From Anolis carolinensis (taxonomy: Eukaryota): a DNA stretch of 64,000 bases. Position numbers and translations under genes: made by a program. The notes beneath the pieces were generated by a model, which saw only the letters and a program-made list of their open reading frames with translations, was not told the origin of the DNA and did not search any database. The DNA lies in contig NC_085844.1 of NCBI RefSeq assembly GCF_035594765.1, forward strand, positions 27,543,923-27,607,922. The letters are read 5' to 3'. Positions 48,149 to 61,325 of the stretch are shown here, one piece after another. The number at the start of each line of letters is the position of its first letter. The first letter of the stretch is position 1.

Positions 48149-50757
48149 ACGCCACCATGGCAGCAATACGGGAGGCTTCTTGTGTTGCCTTTGAAACAAT
48201 GGGGGGAAGCTGGGTGGTGGACACTTCCCCCTGTAGATGAAGCCAGCTGTCGGATGGGCAATGCAAGGTGTAGGGCAATGGGTTCTCCATGCCCCCCACC
48301 GGGACTCTACAGATTCGGCACGATACATGATGAATCCATATGCCAATGTGATAAGGTCTATAATCATACTTAGTGCCATCAAAACCGAGCAGAGTAGGAG
48401 TGGGAATCCTTCAACTCTGAAGATATTGTTGGACTCTCAGCAGTCCTAGCCAGCATAGAGTGGTAAAGAAGACTGGCAGCTATAGCCCAACAGTATGCTG
48501 ATGTATGATTCTCACACGTGCAATAGGATTTAAAGTAGTCATGACTCTCTTAAATCTCATTCATTTTAATTGCTCTTGTCTAAGAATAACTTGGGGTACA
48601 ACTATACTGTATAATTAATGCAGTTTGACGCCACTTTAACTGCTCTGGCTCAGTGGTATGGAATCATGGGAGCTGCAGTTTTATATTTAGCCTTTCCTGC
48701 CAAAGAATGCTGGTGCCTCTCCAAACGATATGTGCTCAGATGCATCCTGGGGTACCCCCACTCTTCAAAGGTTTTTCATGCAATTGAATCAAAATACCAT
48801 AATCATTGCAGAAAATTATGTTTATTGAGGCATTCAAAAACTTGTTCTTAATACAGCAGTTTCTTTACATATAGTGAGTGAGTCATTGATATCCATTGGG
48901 GTTTGGTTTTAGGGTCCTCCATGAATCCCAAAATCCATTTTGCTCAAGTCCCTTACATAAAATGGCAAAATCAAGGTTTGGAATTTTTTAAAAAATCAAG
49001 CCATGGATGTTGAAATCATTGGATGCAGAATCCGTCGGTACTATGGTACTGTAATGTAAGCACTCAGAAAGACCCTAGGAACATGCTCTTAGCACCTACC
49101 CATCCCCAAAATGTTCCAACTGGCCTTCGTTCTCATTAATTCTTAATCGAAGTTGTGACAGTGATGCTTCCAGCTCCACATTTTAAAGTGGAGGAGCGTG
49201 GAAGGGGGAGGATCCCTTGCAAGTAGTCCTAAATGTGAATGCTGTTCTCTGTGATTTACACTGCTTGATCATTCTCTTTCACACACATATGGACACATAC
49301 AGACACCCGTTTTTGCAGAAGGCACCAACAGGAGAGAAATCATTTCCTCCCACATCTTTTGGAGGCCTCCTCAGTCTCAAAGCCAGGCTTAGAGTTGATT
49401 TGCCCTTTCTGCGGCAGGCACGTAATGTTATGCACTGCCTGCCATGCAGAAGCATTGCTTCTTGCATATTTCATGCCTGACGGGACTGTGTTATTCCCTT
49501 CCCTCTCCTCCCTCCCAGTGCAATTAGGTATGCGCTGCACATTAAGTGCCTGTTTGCGTACATCTCTGCTGGGAGAGAAAGCATCCTGACTGACAGTCAA
49601 GCAAATGCTGGGTTGCTTTCTCCTCCTCTTCCCCCACCGCTTCCCCACCTCTTCTTTTGCCTCTGAGACCCACTGTTATTGACTGGAAGGAGGGATTTGT
49701 CAGGTTTTTCAACCCTGTCTCCAGTCATCTGCCTACATGCTGTTATTATCCATGGCAATTATGAATTAATATTAATATTGTGTGAGATCCGGGAAGTGCA
49801 AGCCAGGATTGGGTTGCTATGGCCTTTGGTGTGGTATGGTGTGAGCAAAGGAATCGCAAAATCTGCCTGGGGGCAGCTGCCTTATCTGGCAAAAGAAAGC
49901 AAATTCCCCCTTTATTGTGCTATAAATCCTGGCTTTCGGGGATGTATGCCTGGCTGTTAAAAGATTTTGCTTCATGTTGAAATTTACCTACACATACCTG
50001 GCTGGGTGCTATTTTGAGAGACTCTGTGTCTTTTCTTTTCTGATTTCCTTTCTCCCCAGAGGAGATCTTTCTGCCAATAGCACGTTCTCTTTTGGAGCAG
50101 AGGTCATGCTAAGCTCACCTACTGCTCCAGCTGCTCTCCCTTTCTGTTCAAAAGCCTGGCAAACCGTGTTTGAAATATTTCCGATACATTAAAGAAGGGT
50201 CTCCAACAATCTAGAGGCAAAGCTGAGAAAGAATAAGAGCAGACCTCCAGCAGCTCAGGGACAAAGGAATGAATGGGTACATACAGCTTAACACACCACA
50301 CAGGGTTGGGCGAAGGTGAGGAGTAGTTGGCTACTTCTCTGAAATTAGCTAGCCAACTGCCATGTGGGAATGTCATAGCTGTCTCTTTGGAGGTACCTGT
50401 ATCAGTCTGTATGAGATATAGGCTAGAACAGGGAAGCTCTGGATGTGTGCACATGCATACAATATAAAAGCCATGAGCAGAAAGTAAGGAGACAGCATCA
50501 ATGGGTTTGCTGGATTGCTTGTTCAGTTGTTTGAGGGTGAATCTACACTGTAGAGTTAATGCAGCTTAGCATCATTTTAAATGCCATAGTTTAATTGTAT
50601 GGAATTGTTGTATTACAAGGACTTTAGATGTCAAGAAGTGTTGGTGACCACCAAACTAGAACTTCCATGATTCCATAACATAGAGCCAAGGCAGTTAAAG
50701 TGATATCAAACTGCATTAATTCTAGTGTGCATCCTGAGTCCAAGAAGCTGGCAGAGC

Positions 50758-51224
50758 TGTCCTAATTATAGCAGCTCAAATGACTTGTCCAGACAAAACA
50801 AACTACCAGAATATAGGAGAGTTGAGCTGAGGGAAGGTCTAAACAGTCCAAAGTCAATGAAACCAAGTCAAGAAGTCAATTTGGGCTTGAGTCAGAATAA
50901 TAATGATAGCAGGTCCAAGGTCAAGTCCACAAAGGGAAGCAGTTGTCCATAGCATAGAAGCATCGTGCAACTGCTTGATTTATAATTCTTGTTCAACTTT
51001 TCAACTGCTCCTTGATTAAGCAGTATTTCTCATAAAGGTGCAGCAATCACCTTAGCCCTTCATTTCCCTAGTGTCTTTGCAACATTGTAGATATACAGAG
51101 ACTTTCAGGAACTTGCTGGGAGGTGCTCCCTTTGGATTCAACCACTGGAACTTGCAAAGATTCCAAGGTTGGTGACTGCTGAGAGTTGTTGAATTCAAGC
51201 TCAATTGCTGGCATCACCACCTGC

Positions 51225-51263
<39 letters not shown>

Positions 51264-51471
51264 CAACATTTATACCCCACCCTTCTCACCCGAGGGGACT
51301 CAGGGCGGCTTACAAAAATTGGCAAAATTTAATGCCCAAAATGCAATCATAAAAACAAAACAATATAAAAAGATCTATTAATAACATTGTTAAAACACAT
51401 TATAAAAACCTTAAAAACGTATATATAACTGATTCCATTCATTCTCCTTGCTATCTGAACAGGGCATGACA
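50758..51471 (-). mobile_element. Old solo LTR interrupted by an L2 tail
   Basis: TGTC...GACA termini; perfect 5-bp TSD agagc (50753-50757, 51472-51476); U3 frame +2 ORF once 51226-51430 is removed. Confidence 0.75.
51226..51430 (-). mobile_element. L2 3' tail fragment
   Basis: (TTTA)n followed by cccttctcacccgaggggactcagggcggcttaca. Confidence 0.8.
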
Positions 51472-52310
51472 AGAGCTTTTCCTCACAGTCACTTGAAATG
51501 TAAAAGACTGGTGCTTGTTGTTGTGTGCCTTCAAGTTGTATCCAACTTATGATGACCCTAAGGGGAAAACATCAGGGTTTTCCGAGGCTAAGAGCATACC
51601 ATTTACCCAATGGGTTTTCATGGCCAAGAGGGGATTTAAACCCTGTTCTCCAGAATCATAGTCTAATGCTCAAACCACCATACTGGCCTGATGACAACAA
51701 CAACAAATGGAAGCAAAGGGGAGAAACAATTTTCCCCATTTTCCCCGGCAAATATACTGTTCCATTGGAATATTGGAAACTTTGAGAAACATGGGTAAAA
51801 ACACCCTGTTTTTGTTACTGAAATGCTTTTTAAGGCATGACAAGATTTTACTTATACCAAATGCCAGGAACTGCATAATATAAAGTTTAATGTGCAGGAC
51901 AGTCTTACAAAATTAGAGAGTGGTATTTCATCTGCATACGGTATGTACAGTATATGCAGCCTTTAACGTGCATTTCTGCACCAAGTAAGTGTTGCCATCT
52001 TCCTGAGAGAAACAAACAATTGGGCCCCCGTTGCTTGTGAAAAACGAATGTATTCAACATTGAAATACACTTTATTCCCAAATACTGAAAAACTACGAAT
52101 GTTTATGTCCAAATAATATGCTTTCACTTATTCTTTACGAAATCTGTGCTTTCTGTTTTCTCTTCCCTTGCCAACTTCAGATCACAAAAGCTAAGAAATA
52201 TCCTTACAATTTTCTCCAGAAAGAAAGAAATGTCAATCTAATCTACAATGCACAGGAATAGATAGAAAACTGGAGTTTTGGTATTGCTGAAAGGAAGAGG
52301 TTTTCCTTAC

Positions 52311-52436
52311 CTGAGAAGGGGATGAAGAAACGGGACTATTTTGGTTCTGGAATGGCTGGAAGAGGTTGCATCTGCTTGGCTGGGTGGAGATTGAGCAACT
52401 GGAATCTTACCTTTTGAAAGGAGAGGCTTCCCTGGC
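52311..52436 (-). other. Weak candidate 126-nt exon
   Basis: Minus-strand acceptor T10-CCAG, donor CAG|GTAAG, one open frame (PGKPLLSKGKIPVAQSPPSQADATSSSHSRTKIVPFLHPLL); no recognisable protein. Confidence 0.25.
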
Positions 52437-52931
52437 CTGGAAAAAAAAAATGATAGTCTTTGGTGCTTTATTATTTAAACCTTTTTAAAACTGCTGACGG
52501 GTTGTGTAAAATCTTTAAATTCATGGCTACTTCAGTTCCATTGGAACAATACTCTGAGTTTCTAATGATTCCACATGAAACTGATTCTCTCCCTCACCCA
52601 ATTACTTCAGTCTCAATTTACATCAGAGAACTTCAGTATAAATCCAGGTTCATCTGTAGTACAAGTTTATATGCTAAATTATGCACGAAACGTTTTGTGT
52701 TACTAAAGCAGTAAAATGAGTTTTGAGTTTGATATGAAAATAAAAAATGGTGGGTGGAGATTTTTGCCTTTTCCATAACTCAAGAGTCTCTGGAAATTTT
52801 GCATCTCTAGCAATCCCAAGCAGCTAGGTCTGATTACAATCTACTAAGCTTCATGGGATGCGATCTTAACTATTAAAATGGTTTCAAGGTGCTATAATTG
52901 TGTAATGTGAAAGAGAATTAATACCCTAAGA

Positions 52932-53238
52932 CTGAGCTTTCCAAACAGTGTGTCATGACACATTAGTGTGTTGGCTGCAGTGTCATGCAAACATGTGAAA
53001 TCTCTGAGTCTGTGAAAGAAGTAATAAATCAAATATATTTTTAAAAATACAAATGAAAAGTTTTCATGCGATATGTTGTATCCCCATACATTTCATTATT
53101 GTAGTTTATGTGTATGTTCTTATCTCTTATAAGGGGTTGGCCAAACCTCTGGTTTGCTCATAAAACTGAATTACTGTGTCACGAAATGATGCATGTCTAA
53201 AAAGGGTGTCATCGACATGAAATGTTTGGAAAGCTCTG
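52932..53238. mobile_element. Non-autonomous hAT element
   Basis: TIRs ctgagctttccaaac / gtttggaaagctctg; degenerate 8-bp TSD. Confidence 0.65.
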
Positions 53239-53720
53239 TCCTAGGCTTTGACCAAGTTTAAGATGTCTTGTAGCATTCCTTCAAATATGTTGAAGTGTAA
53301 AATATGAAGGGAATACAAAGGAGAGGGCCTTCTTGGCTGTGACTTTGGGAAAGGCCTCTCCTTGGAGAACTGATGGGCACCAACACTGGTTCCTTTTTTG
53401 TGTCTGATCAAGACATAGCTTTTTATTAAATCCTTTGAGCCTAGTTTAAGGATAAACATGTATATAGTTTTAATATATATGTTTATTTGCTGAATGTATG
53501 TTTGCGTGGCATTGAATTGTTGCCTATATTTATGTGAACCACTCTGAATCCCCTTGGGGATGGGAAGGGCAGGGTATAAATATGGTAAATAAATAATAGT
53601 TTTCTTGTAGCCTTTTTTTAAAAAGTTATTTTATTTTGGTTATATTTTTAATTTGTTAATCTTGATTTTAATTTGGAACTATTCATGGTGTTTATAGTAT
53701 TCTATCTGTTAGTTCCTGGG

Positions 53721-55021
53721 AAAATATGGAGAATGTATAGGTAGGGAGAGTATGATGGAAGACATAATCAGAAAAGAACAGAGGGCTGGTTGGAGTAATA
53801 TAGAAAGGGATGATCAAAGATGAGGAATAAAAACATTATAAAATAAATGGCAAAAAGAGAAGTACTTGCAAGGCAAACAATAGAGAACTTAAAAAGAGAG
53901 GCTAGGAAAATCAAATGGAGAAATACAAAGAAACTGAAAGGAAATGTATTTAGAAATGATACCAAACCCCAGCACAACTATCAAATATGATTACTGGTAC
54001 AAGTTCAACTTGTTGGCACTGTGGATTAAGCAAAGGATGGTATGCTCACTTGTGGTGGGAATGCCCAAAGGCAAAAGCCTTTTGGAAACAAATAACAAAA
54101 AAATAGAAATTATTTAAAATGCTGCTTCAAGTAAATATGGAGCTGATGTTGATAGGAATATTAGGAAAAAATAAGATCAATGTAAAAAAAATCAAGATTT
54201 ATTCAAAGTGATGATTCTTACAGGAAAGGTGATAATAGCATGGGGTTGGAAAGATGAAAAAAATGTAATATGGTAAATTGGAACAATTACTTGTTTTATC
54301 AGGTTCAATCGAATATTATAGCAAGTGTAATCTGTGAGGATAAGAAGGAAGATAACATTTAAAAAGTAAAGAGAAATGGTTGATATATAAAGCAAAGGTT
54401 TCCCCTTGACATTTACTCTAGTCGTGTTCGACTCTGGGGGTTGGTGCTCATCTCCATTTCTAAGCCAAAGAGCCGGCGTTGTTTGTAGACACCTCCAAAG
54501 TTATGTGACCGGCATGACTGCATGGAGCACTATTACTTTCCTGCCAGAGCGGCACCTATTGATCTACTCACATTTACATGTTTTCGAACTGCTAGGTTGG
54601 CAGAAGCTGGGGCTAACAGTGGGAGCTCACTCCGCCCCCCAGATTTGAACCACCAACATTTCTGTCAGCAAGTTCAGCAGCTCAGTGCCACCGGAGACTC
54701 CACAGTAGATATATACGTAATGGATAAAGTGGTGAAGCCAATGTAAATATTGTACAGAGACAGGAAAAGCTAAGCTCGTGGATACAGTTAAAGTTCTAAT
54801 AGAAATTGTAGTATGAGTATCGGATGGGGGAGGTGGGGAGGGAGAAAAGAAGAGTAAACAGAACAAAGATATATAAATGAGTGGATAATAGAGAATGGAG
54901 GAAGAGTGTGAAATAGCAAGAGGGCGGAGAAATAGGGTTGTAGATAAATGGCATGTATGGATTAAATATACAAAATCTACTCATATAATGAATTATAATA
55001 TGAATAAAATATGTTTAAATT
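53721..55021 (+). mobile_element. Degenerate L1-clade LINE 3' end
   Basis: Zinc-knuckle CWHCGLSKGWYAHLWWECPKAKAFWKQI at 54011-54094; IIAWGWK motif; AATAAA near 55003; 14-bp TSD tgttagttcctggg (53707-53720, 55022-55035). Confidence 0.8.
54390..54701 (-). mobile_element. Sauria SINE inserted in the L1
   Basis: aaaggtttcccc...gtcgtgttcgactctggggg...cacctattgatctactcac...ttcgaactgctaggttggcag; TSD gatatata (54382-54389, 54708-54715). Confidence 0.88.
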
Positions 55022-55820
55022 TGTTAGTTCCTGGGCTTCTCATCCTACAACTACCAACCATGGCCCTCTCAAGATCCTTATCCTGAGGTCATTTACTTCT
55101 GTACCACCCAAGCTTACCATGCAGCTACGTTCGTTGTCCCAGTTCCTATTTGAGGATTTTCTAAACCTAGAAAGAAAACTCTCTTCCTACATGCGTAGCT
55201 CTAGACTTGGCTGAAAGGGCATGCAAGCCTCGGGGTTTGACATCCAGATGACCTCTGTGACATCCTCATGCCCAAGTGAAGCATGACACCTTTGGCACAT
55301 GTACTTTCTCTCTTCTCCTTCCCAGCATTTCAACACAGCTTTTTCACAAAATGCCCCTTGCAGCAGGAGAAGCAACAGAAAGTAGGTCAAGCTGCCCTAT
55401 CTGTGCAATGTAATTAGATGATTTCTGAACACACAAAGCCAAGAGTCCTCCTAGGCAAGGCTTTAATGGGGTAATTGCTCTGGTACAACCACGGGGCTTT
55501 CAAGGAAGGCCAGGTGATGCTGTGGTTTGTTTCCCTCTATCTTCTATCTTATCATTAAGGAGGGAAAGATGATAGAGCTAGGAGCTGTCCATCTGGCAGC
55601 AAGGAATATAAAGCTTGCCATTGGAAAGAAAAAAATCACAGTTTCTATCTCTCCAGGAATATGAGATTTTGAAAATAGGGACATGTTACTTTGTAATACT
55701 TTCATTTTTAGTAATAAAACAAAAACCTGAATAATGTAAAGACTTTTGACAAAGTTCAGGAGGGTCCAGGATAAGCAATAATTCCTCTACAGAGGAATAA
55801 TGGATTATCCACATTACATA

Positions 55821-56027
55821 GGATGAGTCTACAATGTGGAATTAATGCAATATGACACCTATTGGATTGAAATGGCTCAATGCTATGAAATCATGGAAAT
55901 TGTAGTTTTACAAAACCTCCAGCTTTCTCTGCCAAAGAGTGTTGATGCCTTCCAGGATTCCATAGGATTGAGCCATGGCAGCAAAAACGATGAGAAACAG
56001 CATTAATTCTACAGTGTAGATACACCC
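55821..56027. mobile_element. Harbinger-like palindromic MITE
   Basis: Same family as 4391-4612. Confidence 0.7.
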
Positions 56028-57458
56028 AAAAGTATAGGATGTTGATGCCACTTTTGTTGCCATGGCTCTATCCTATGCAACATTAGGATTTTTAGTTTTA
56101 TGAGGTCCTTAGACTTCTCTACCAGGAGCTCCAACACTGTAGTTCAGAGAAGTGTGGTTTTAAACTCTGAGTATCTTTCCATGCTAAAGAATCCTGGATT
56201 CCATAGGTTGGAGCCATGGAAATTAAACTGTTGTCAAATTGCTACAATAGTGCAGTGCAAATTCATCCACTGATATCAGCTATTACCAGTCACCTAATCA
56301 ATAGACCAAAGGAGTTTTTCCAGGCCTGCAAATGGAATTCAGCCAGAGTGATATAAGATCTTGGACAAGTTACGTTTTACACTATAGTTCCCAGATCCCT
56401 CTAGCTAGTAAAGCTATTGGCAATGCTAGTGTTGGGGAAATCTGAAGTGCAGTCCAAAATATTAACTTGCTCAAGATCTATATGTCACCAAATTATAAGA
56501 CATTGAGTGATGGACATGGAAGCATGATTCAGCTTCCAGACTGTCTTTCAGGGTAGCCAGCGTGTAAACAGTAAGGGAATAAATCTCCAGACAGTCTATA
56601 TACAATGACTCATTGCAGGATGGGGGAGTGGTGGGGGGAGAAAACTCACACAGAAAGGTTTTGGGCCTACAAAATACTGTCATATCCATAAAAAAATAAA
56701 CTTCATAAGAAAAAAATTAAAAGATTTTGCATTAGACCTCGCCCTTAAACAAAACAGCTACAGAGGTGTCATTCAAGGTAGCGAAATGTCCTTCTGACAT
56801 AAGTTACGGCTGCAAAAGTGTCACTCGGGGTTGCAAAACATCTTTCTGACATAAGTTACAACTTCAAGCGTGTCAGTCAAGCCATTATTCACTTTCACTC
56901 TGTGGCTCAATCACTCAAGTTAATCTTTCTGAATGCCTTTGAGCTCAAGCATTTAGAAAAGGAAGGGCACTTGGGAGCCAGGACCACATACCTAGGGTGA
57001 CCAGTTGGACTTGTCATAAAACGCTGCACTATTAAGTTGTTCTGGGTTTTTAGCCAGTCATTTTGCTGATGACAACTGGGGCATGCATGGTTAAGAAACA
57101 TCAGGGTGTAATTAAGAAAGCAAAATACTGAATCTGAAAGAACATTCAAGCTATGAGAGGATGCAGCAGTTTGGTTTTGCCTGAGCCTACTAGGAAGGGC
57201 AAGACTGTCTATTCCTCTCTTTTTTCACTTCCTGATTTAACTGAGTGCAATCTAGTTTTGCATTTTGAACTCAGCTTACATCAAGGGAAGTAAACTGAGT
57301 ACAAGGGGGTGGAGTGGAAGGAGGCCCCTGCATTGAATGAAGGATTCTGGGAGCTATAGTTCAAAAGGGCCATATTCCTAAACTTTGGCCTTTTACACAG
57401 TGATCAGCTTCATTCTATTGCTGTTTTTATAGGAAAAACAATAATTATAGGTATTATT

Positions 57459-58545
57459 TGTTTTAGTCCATCCTTTGATTGTGCCTGTATCTAATCTCAC
57501 TGGGGATTCTGACACTGGGGATTCTGGGCCTGCAGGCCAGCAGGAGATTCAAGAGATTTTAAGCCCTGAGAATGAGAGCTCTGAAGATGAGAGCTCTCTG
57601 TCCAAGGAAGGCCACATTCCAGAAAGGCAGTTCCCTAGAGAAGTAAGGTCAGAGACAGAAATGAGCTCAGAAGATGAAAATGAAAGTCCAGGTAGATGGA
57701 CTAATGAACAACAATTAGATAGGAGATTTATGTTCCATCAACATAGAGCTTCTCAGGAGAGAGTACGAAGGTTAAGCCACTAACTAGCCAAAATGTCCTT
57801 ATCAGCTTTTCAGAGGAAACGGCATGGGTTTCTGTCTATATCAGTGAGACCAGCAGGTTACTTCATCAGTCTAGGCAACGTTGGTGTTAGAGAATAGAAC
57901 TTCTGTCAAGTCAAGTCTTTTAAGGGATTTCTAGTTCCAGGTTTCCTTGTGTTTATGTTTCATGTTTTAAGTTTCTAAAGACTTTCCTGAATCACAAGTT
58001 TTTGATCTATTCTTTTGTATTCCCTTTTTTAATGCTACTGTGTTTCCCCAGAACAGTGTCTTATATTAATTTTTGCTCCCAAAGCTGTGCTAGGTCTTAT
58101 TGTCAGGAGATGTCTTATTTTTTCATGAAGAAGAATTCACATTTATTGCTGAACAAAAAAATGAACATTTATTATATACTGTACAGTTGTTGTCATCACA
58201 AACCAGCATAACCAGACAAACTGTGAAATCCTATCAAGAATTTATTGTTACTACCATTATTACCAATCCTGCATGCTCTGTTGTTCTGTTCGGCAGGCAT
58301 GCTTCCAAACAAAATCTTTCAGGGGAGGCCTTATATTTAACAATTCAGCAAAACATCTACTAGGTCTTATTTTCAGGGGATGTCTTATTTTCGGGAAAAC
58401 AGGGTAATCATGTACCTTGAATTCTGAGGATTATTCCTGATTTTGGACTTTGGGTTTTTTATACTATTTTACTGAATTGCTTTTAATATATATTCTTCAA
58501 TAAACTGCATTGCTATTTTACCTTGGAGTGTGTGTTAAGTACACC
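57459..58545 (+). mobile_element. Solo LTR related to 41307-42543 (3' end uncertain), interrupted by a pogo/Tc2-like element
   Basis: Start TGTTTTAGTCCATCC versus TGTTGTATTCCAGCC; frame +2 acidic ORF to 57783; AATAAA at ~58499 with downstream sequence similar to the 41307 LTR; no TSD found. Confidence 0.65.
58038..58404. mobile_element. Non-autonomous pogo/Tc2-like (Tc1/mariner superfamily) element
   Basis: ctgtgtttcccc ... gtcttattttcgggaaaacaggg, flanked by TA; short relatives ~31779-31882 and ~62976-63061. Confidence 0.7.
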
Positions 58546-58872
58546 TGGAATCTGTAAATGTATGATTCATGTGTACAAATAACAGGCAAATCTGTGTCCA
58601 CAGCCATTCTACTGACTTTGTGGGGGGCGGGCCTGTAGATTTACTTTTGGTTTAGAAATAGAAAAGAGAGTGAAGGAGGGCAGGGGGGTGGTGGCCATAC
58701 CCTCCATGCTAATACTGGTTTGGCATGGGAGGGAACGTAGGTCCCCTGCAAAAAAAGGTCACAGGATTTGGGCCCAGTGTGTGGCCTAAATCCTAGGAGG
58801 AACCGGGATATAAAATCCCAGTTCCCTTCAGGATTTAGTCCTGTCTGGAAGGGCCCTCTGTTTCCTTTAACA

Positions 58873-59007
58873 AAGTGCTTCTCTACTTGGGGTCCCCAGA
58901 TGTTTTTGGCCTTCAACTCCCAGAAATCCTAACAGCTGGTAAATTGGCTGGGATTTCTGGGACTTGTAGGCCAAAAACATCTGGGGCACCCAGGTTGAGA
59001 ACCACTG
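58873..59007. mobile_element. Palindromic hAT MITE
   Basis: ccccagatgtttttggcct / aggccaaaaacatctgggg; end ggttgagaaccactg; TSD ctttaaca/ctctaata. Confidence 0.75.
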
Positions 59008-60025
59008 CTCTAATACTACTTAAAATAAAGCCAGGCCTCCGTAAAGAAGGATGTGTAGCCACCCCAATCCCTCCTCAAATGGAATGGTCCATGGAATCCA
59101 TCTGAAGAGACTCCATTGTTGAAGCATCATGCTACTAAAACTCCAGGCTGAAGATTCCAGAACTATTCATGTGGCTCTTACATCACTTTAAAACAATGTT
59201 CCCAAAGACAGGGCTTTACATGCATTAAACATGGCCATAGGAGGTTAAATGTAATTACTTTCACATTTGACAATTCAAATGGATCATAGTTGCCTTTAAG
59301 GTTCAGGCCTAATCACATGCATTTTGGCAAAATAAGGGATGTCTTTTAAAGCTGTGCAAATTGTGAAAAATGAAACGCTTGTCTCCCTCAAGCCATGATA
59401 ATATACATCTTGTAGAAGTCATCTAGAATTGATTCCTTTCCGCCTTCTGCGCCCTCTTTTTCTTCCCCCGGTAGTTCTTTTGCAGAATTACATTTTTGCG
59501 CTTCATGCGAAACTTTGCATAAGTGTTCCTTCCTTCATCCCCCAATTAAACGATGTAGCCTGCTAAGATATGATATTCTTTCCTAGGTTCTATTTTTAAG
59601 GGTGCTATTATCTTTGGGGAAAACACAATGGGTGTTTTTGTTTTTATTTTCACCTTACAAAGAAACTGTACCATTTACTGGATCGTCATGATTATATTGT
59701 TACAAAGAAAACAAAGAAGAGATGGTAAAAGACAGATCATTTGAACCAATTTACTAAATGCATGAAAAACAATCCTGTGCACATTATTAGAAATACATTG
59801 ATCAATACATTTTCCCAGGTGTAGTTATTTTGTTTTGTCATAGTAAGGCACATTCAGGAGATTTGTATTATTCATTTAAGATGTGAAAAGTAGTACATCC
59901 CTCAACGTATTTGGGACTGCTGGTTACAAGTCATGGAAGAGTAGAGCAAATGGATGCCATTTTCAAATGAATGGCTGGGAAACCATGCAATGACCACCAT
60001 TCATGTGGAATCCCATGTCTTTAAT

Positions 60026-60027
<2 letters not shown>

Positions 60028-60073
<46 letters not shown>
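60028..60073. repeat. (TA)n microsatellite
   Basis: Seen directly. Confidence 0.95.
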
Positions 60074-60076
<3 letters not shown>

Positions 60077-61257
60077 TGCATGAACTGGTGTCCTTAGTCA
60101 GCAGGTGAGTCAACTAATGCATGGATCTAGAGTCATGCTGGATCAAGTTTTTTACAGCTGTATCTAACAAAGTTGTGGGGTGTGCTATTCTAACATTCAG
60201 TTTGTGTGTGGCTATTCATACAATGAGTCATATTAACCACTGAACCTGCAAAATTATCTGCTTCTTTTTGAGGTTAGTTAGCCCATATTTAAGGAGCCTT
60301 ATAGAACACACTGTTGGGTAGTCTGATACACTGGATTTTCCAAGTGAAACACAGAGCTGGAATGAGCCCTGAAGCTAAGCAGGAAGGCAAACAGACAATA
60401 AACAATAACTTTGGCCAAAGGATTTACCAAGTCCCAGCACTGCTTTCACTTCAATCTACTCACAAGCTGGTTGAAGTTGATTCCAAGCATTTTTACAGAA
60501 CTTCACAATTATGCAAATATACAGTATGCATGCGAAATATCTAAGGCATATGTGGTAATCCTTATCTAAAGTCTATGTGAGCAGTACGGAATGTACCCAG
60601 AGATTGATTGTTGTTGAAGAGGATATTCTTAAAGTCTGTCACTGTAAGGTAACCATAAGGGGTTGTTGGCCCTGGGCACATAACATTGCAGTTACAGCAT
60701 TTCTAGCATAGCATAAATGACAGAGCTTTGTAACCAATACAGGCCATAGGGAGATGCCAGCTGTTTTTTTCAAAATGGAATTGATCAGGCTCACAGCTGA
60801 ATCTTTAATTCTTATTTTATGCTGACATCATAATCCTTAGCCATTAGGATCAAATAGAGCAATTAATGTTTTGGCCCAATATATCTGGAAGGCACCATAT
60901 CGTAGAAAGGTTCTGTGCACAGGTTGTCTGTGAGTATGCATAGGTGTGTTCATGTGTTCCTTTTCCTAATTAAATCACTTGGTCAATATGAAGTAAAATT
61001 ATTTCCTTGGCGCTAATTGAAGGTTTTATGAACTTTTGAGTGATAAGCAGACTGAATAAGGAGATTTTTCTTTTTCTTCTTCCTGCCTTTTAGATGACAA
61101 AGTAGCAAGGTAATTTTCTATGTCACAATGGTCTTTTGTTAGAAAGAAAGCAATACAGATACTTATAATTCTCTAAGGGCTTTTGCTGAAGAAACCAAAA
61201 TGGCTAGGAGTTTGGCATAACCTCATCTGAAACATGCAAGAAAGAAAGGGAGGAGGG

Positions 61258-61277
61258 ACACACACACACACACACAC

Positions 61278-61323
<46 letters not shown>
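61258..61323. repeat. Compound (CA)n(GA)n microsatellite
   Basis: Seen directly. Confidence 0.95.
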
Positions 61324-61325
<2 letters not shown>

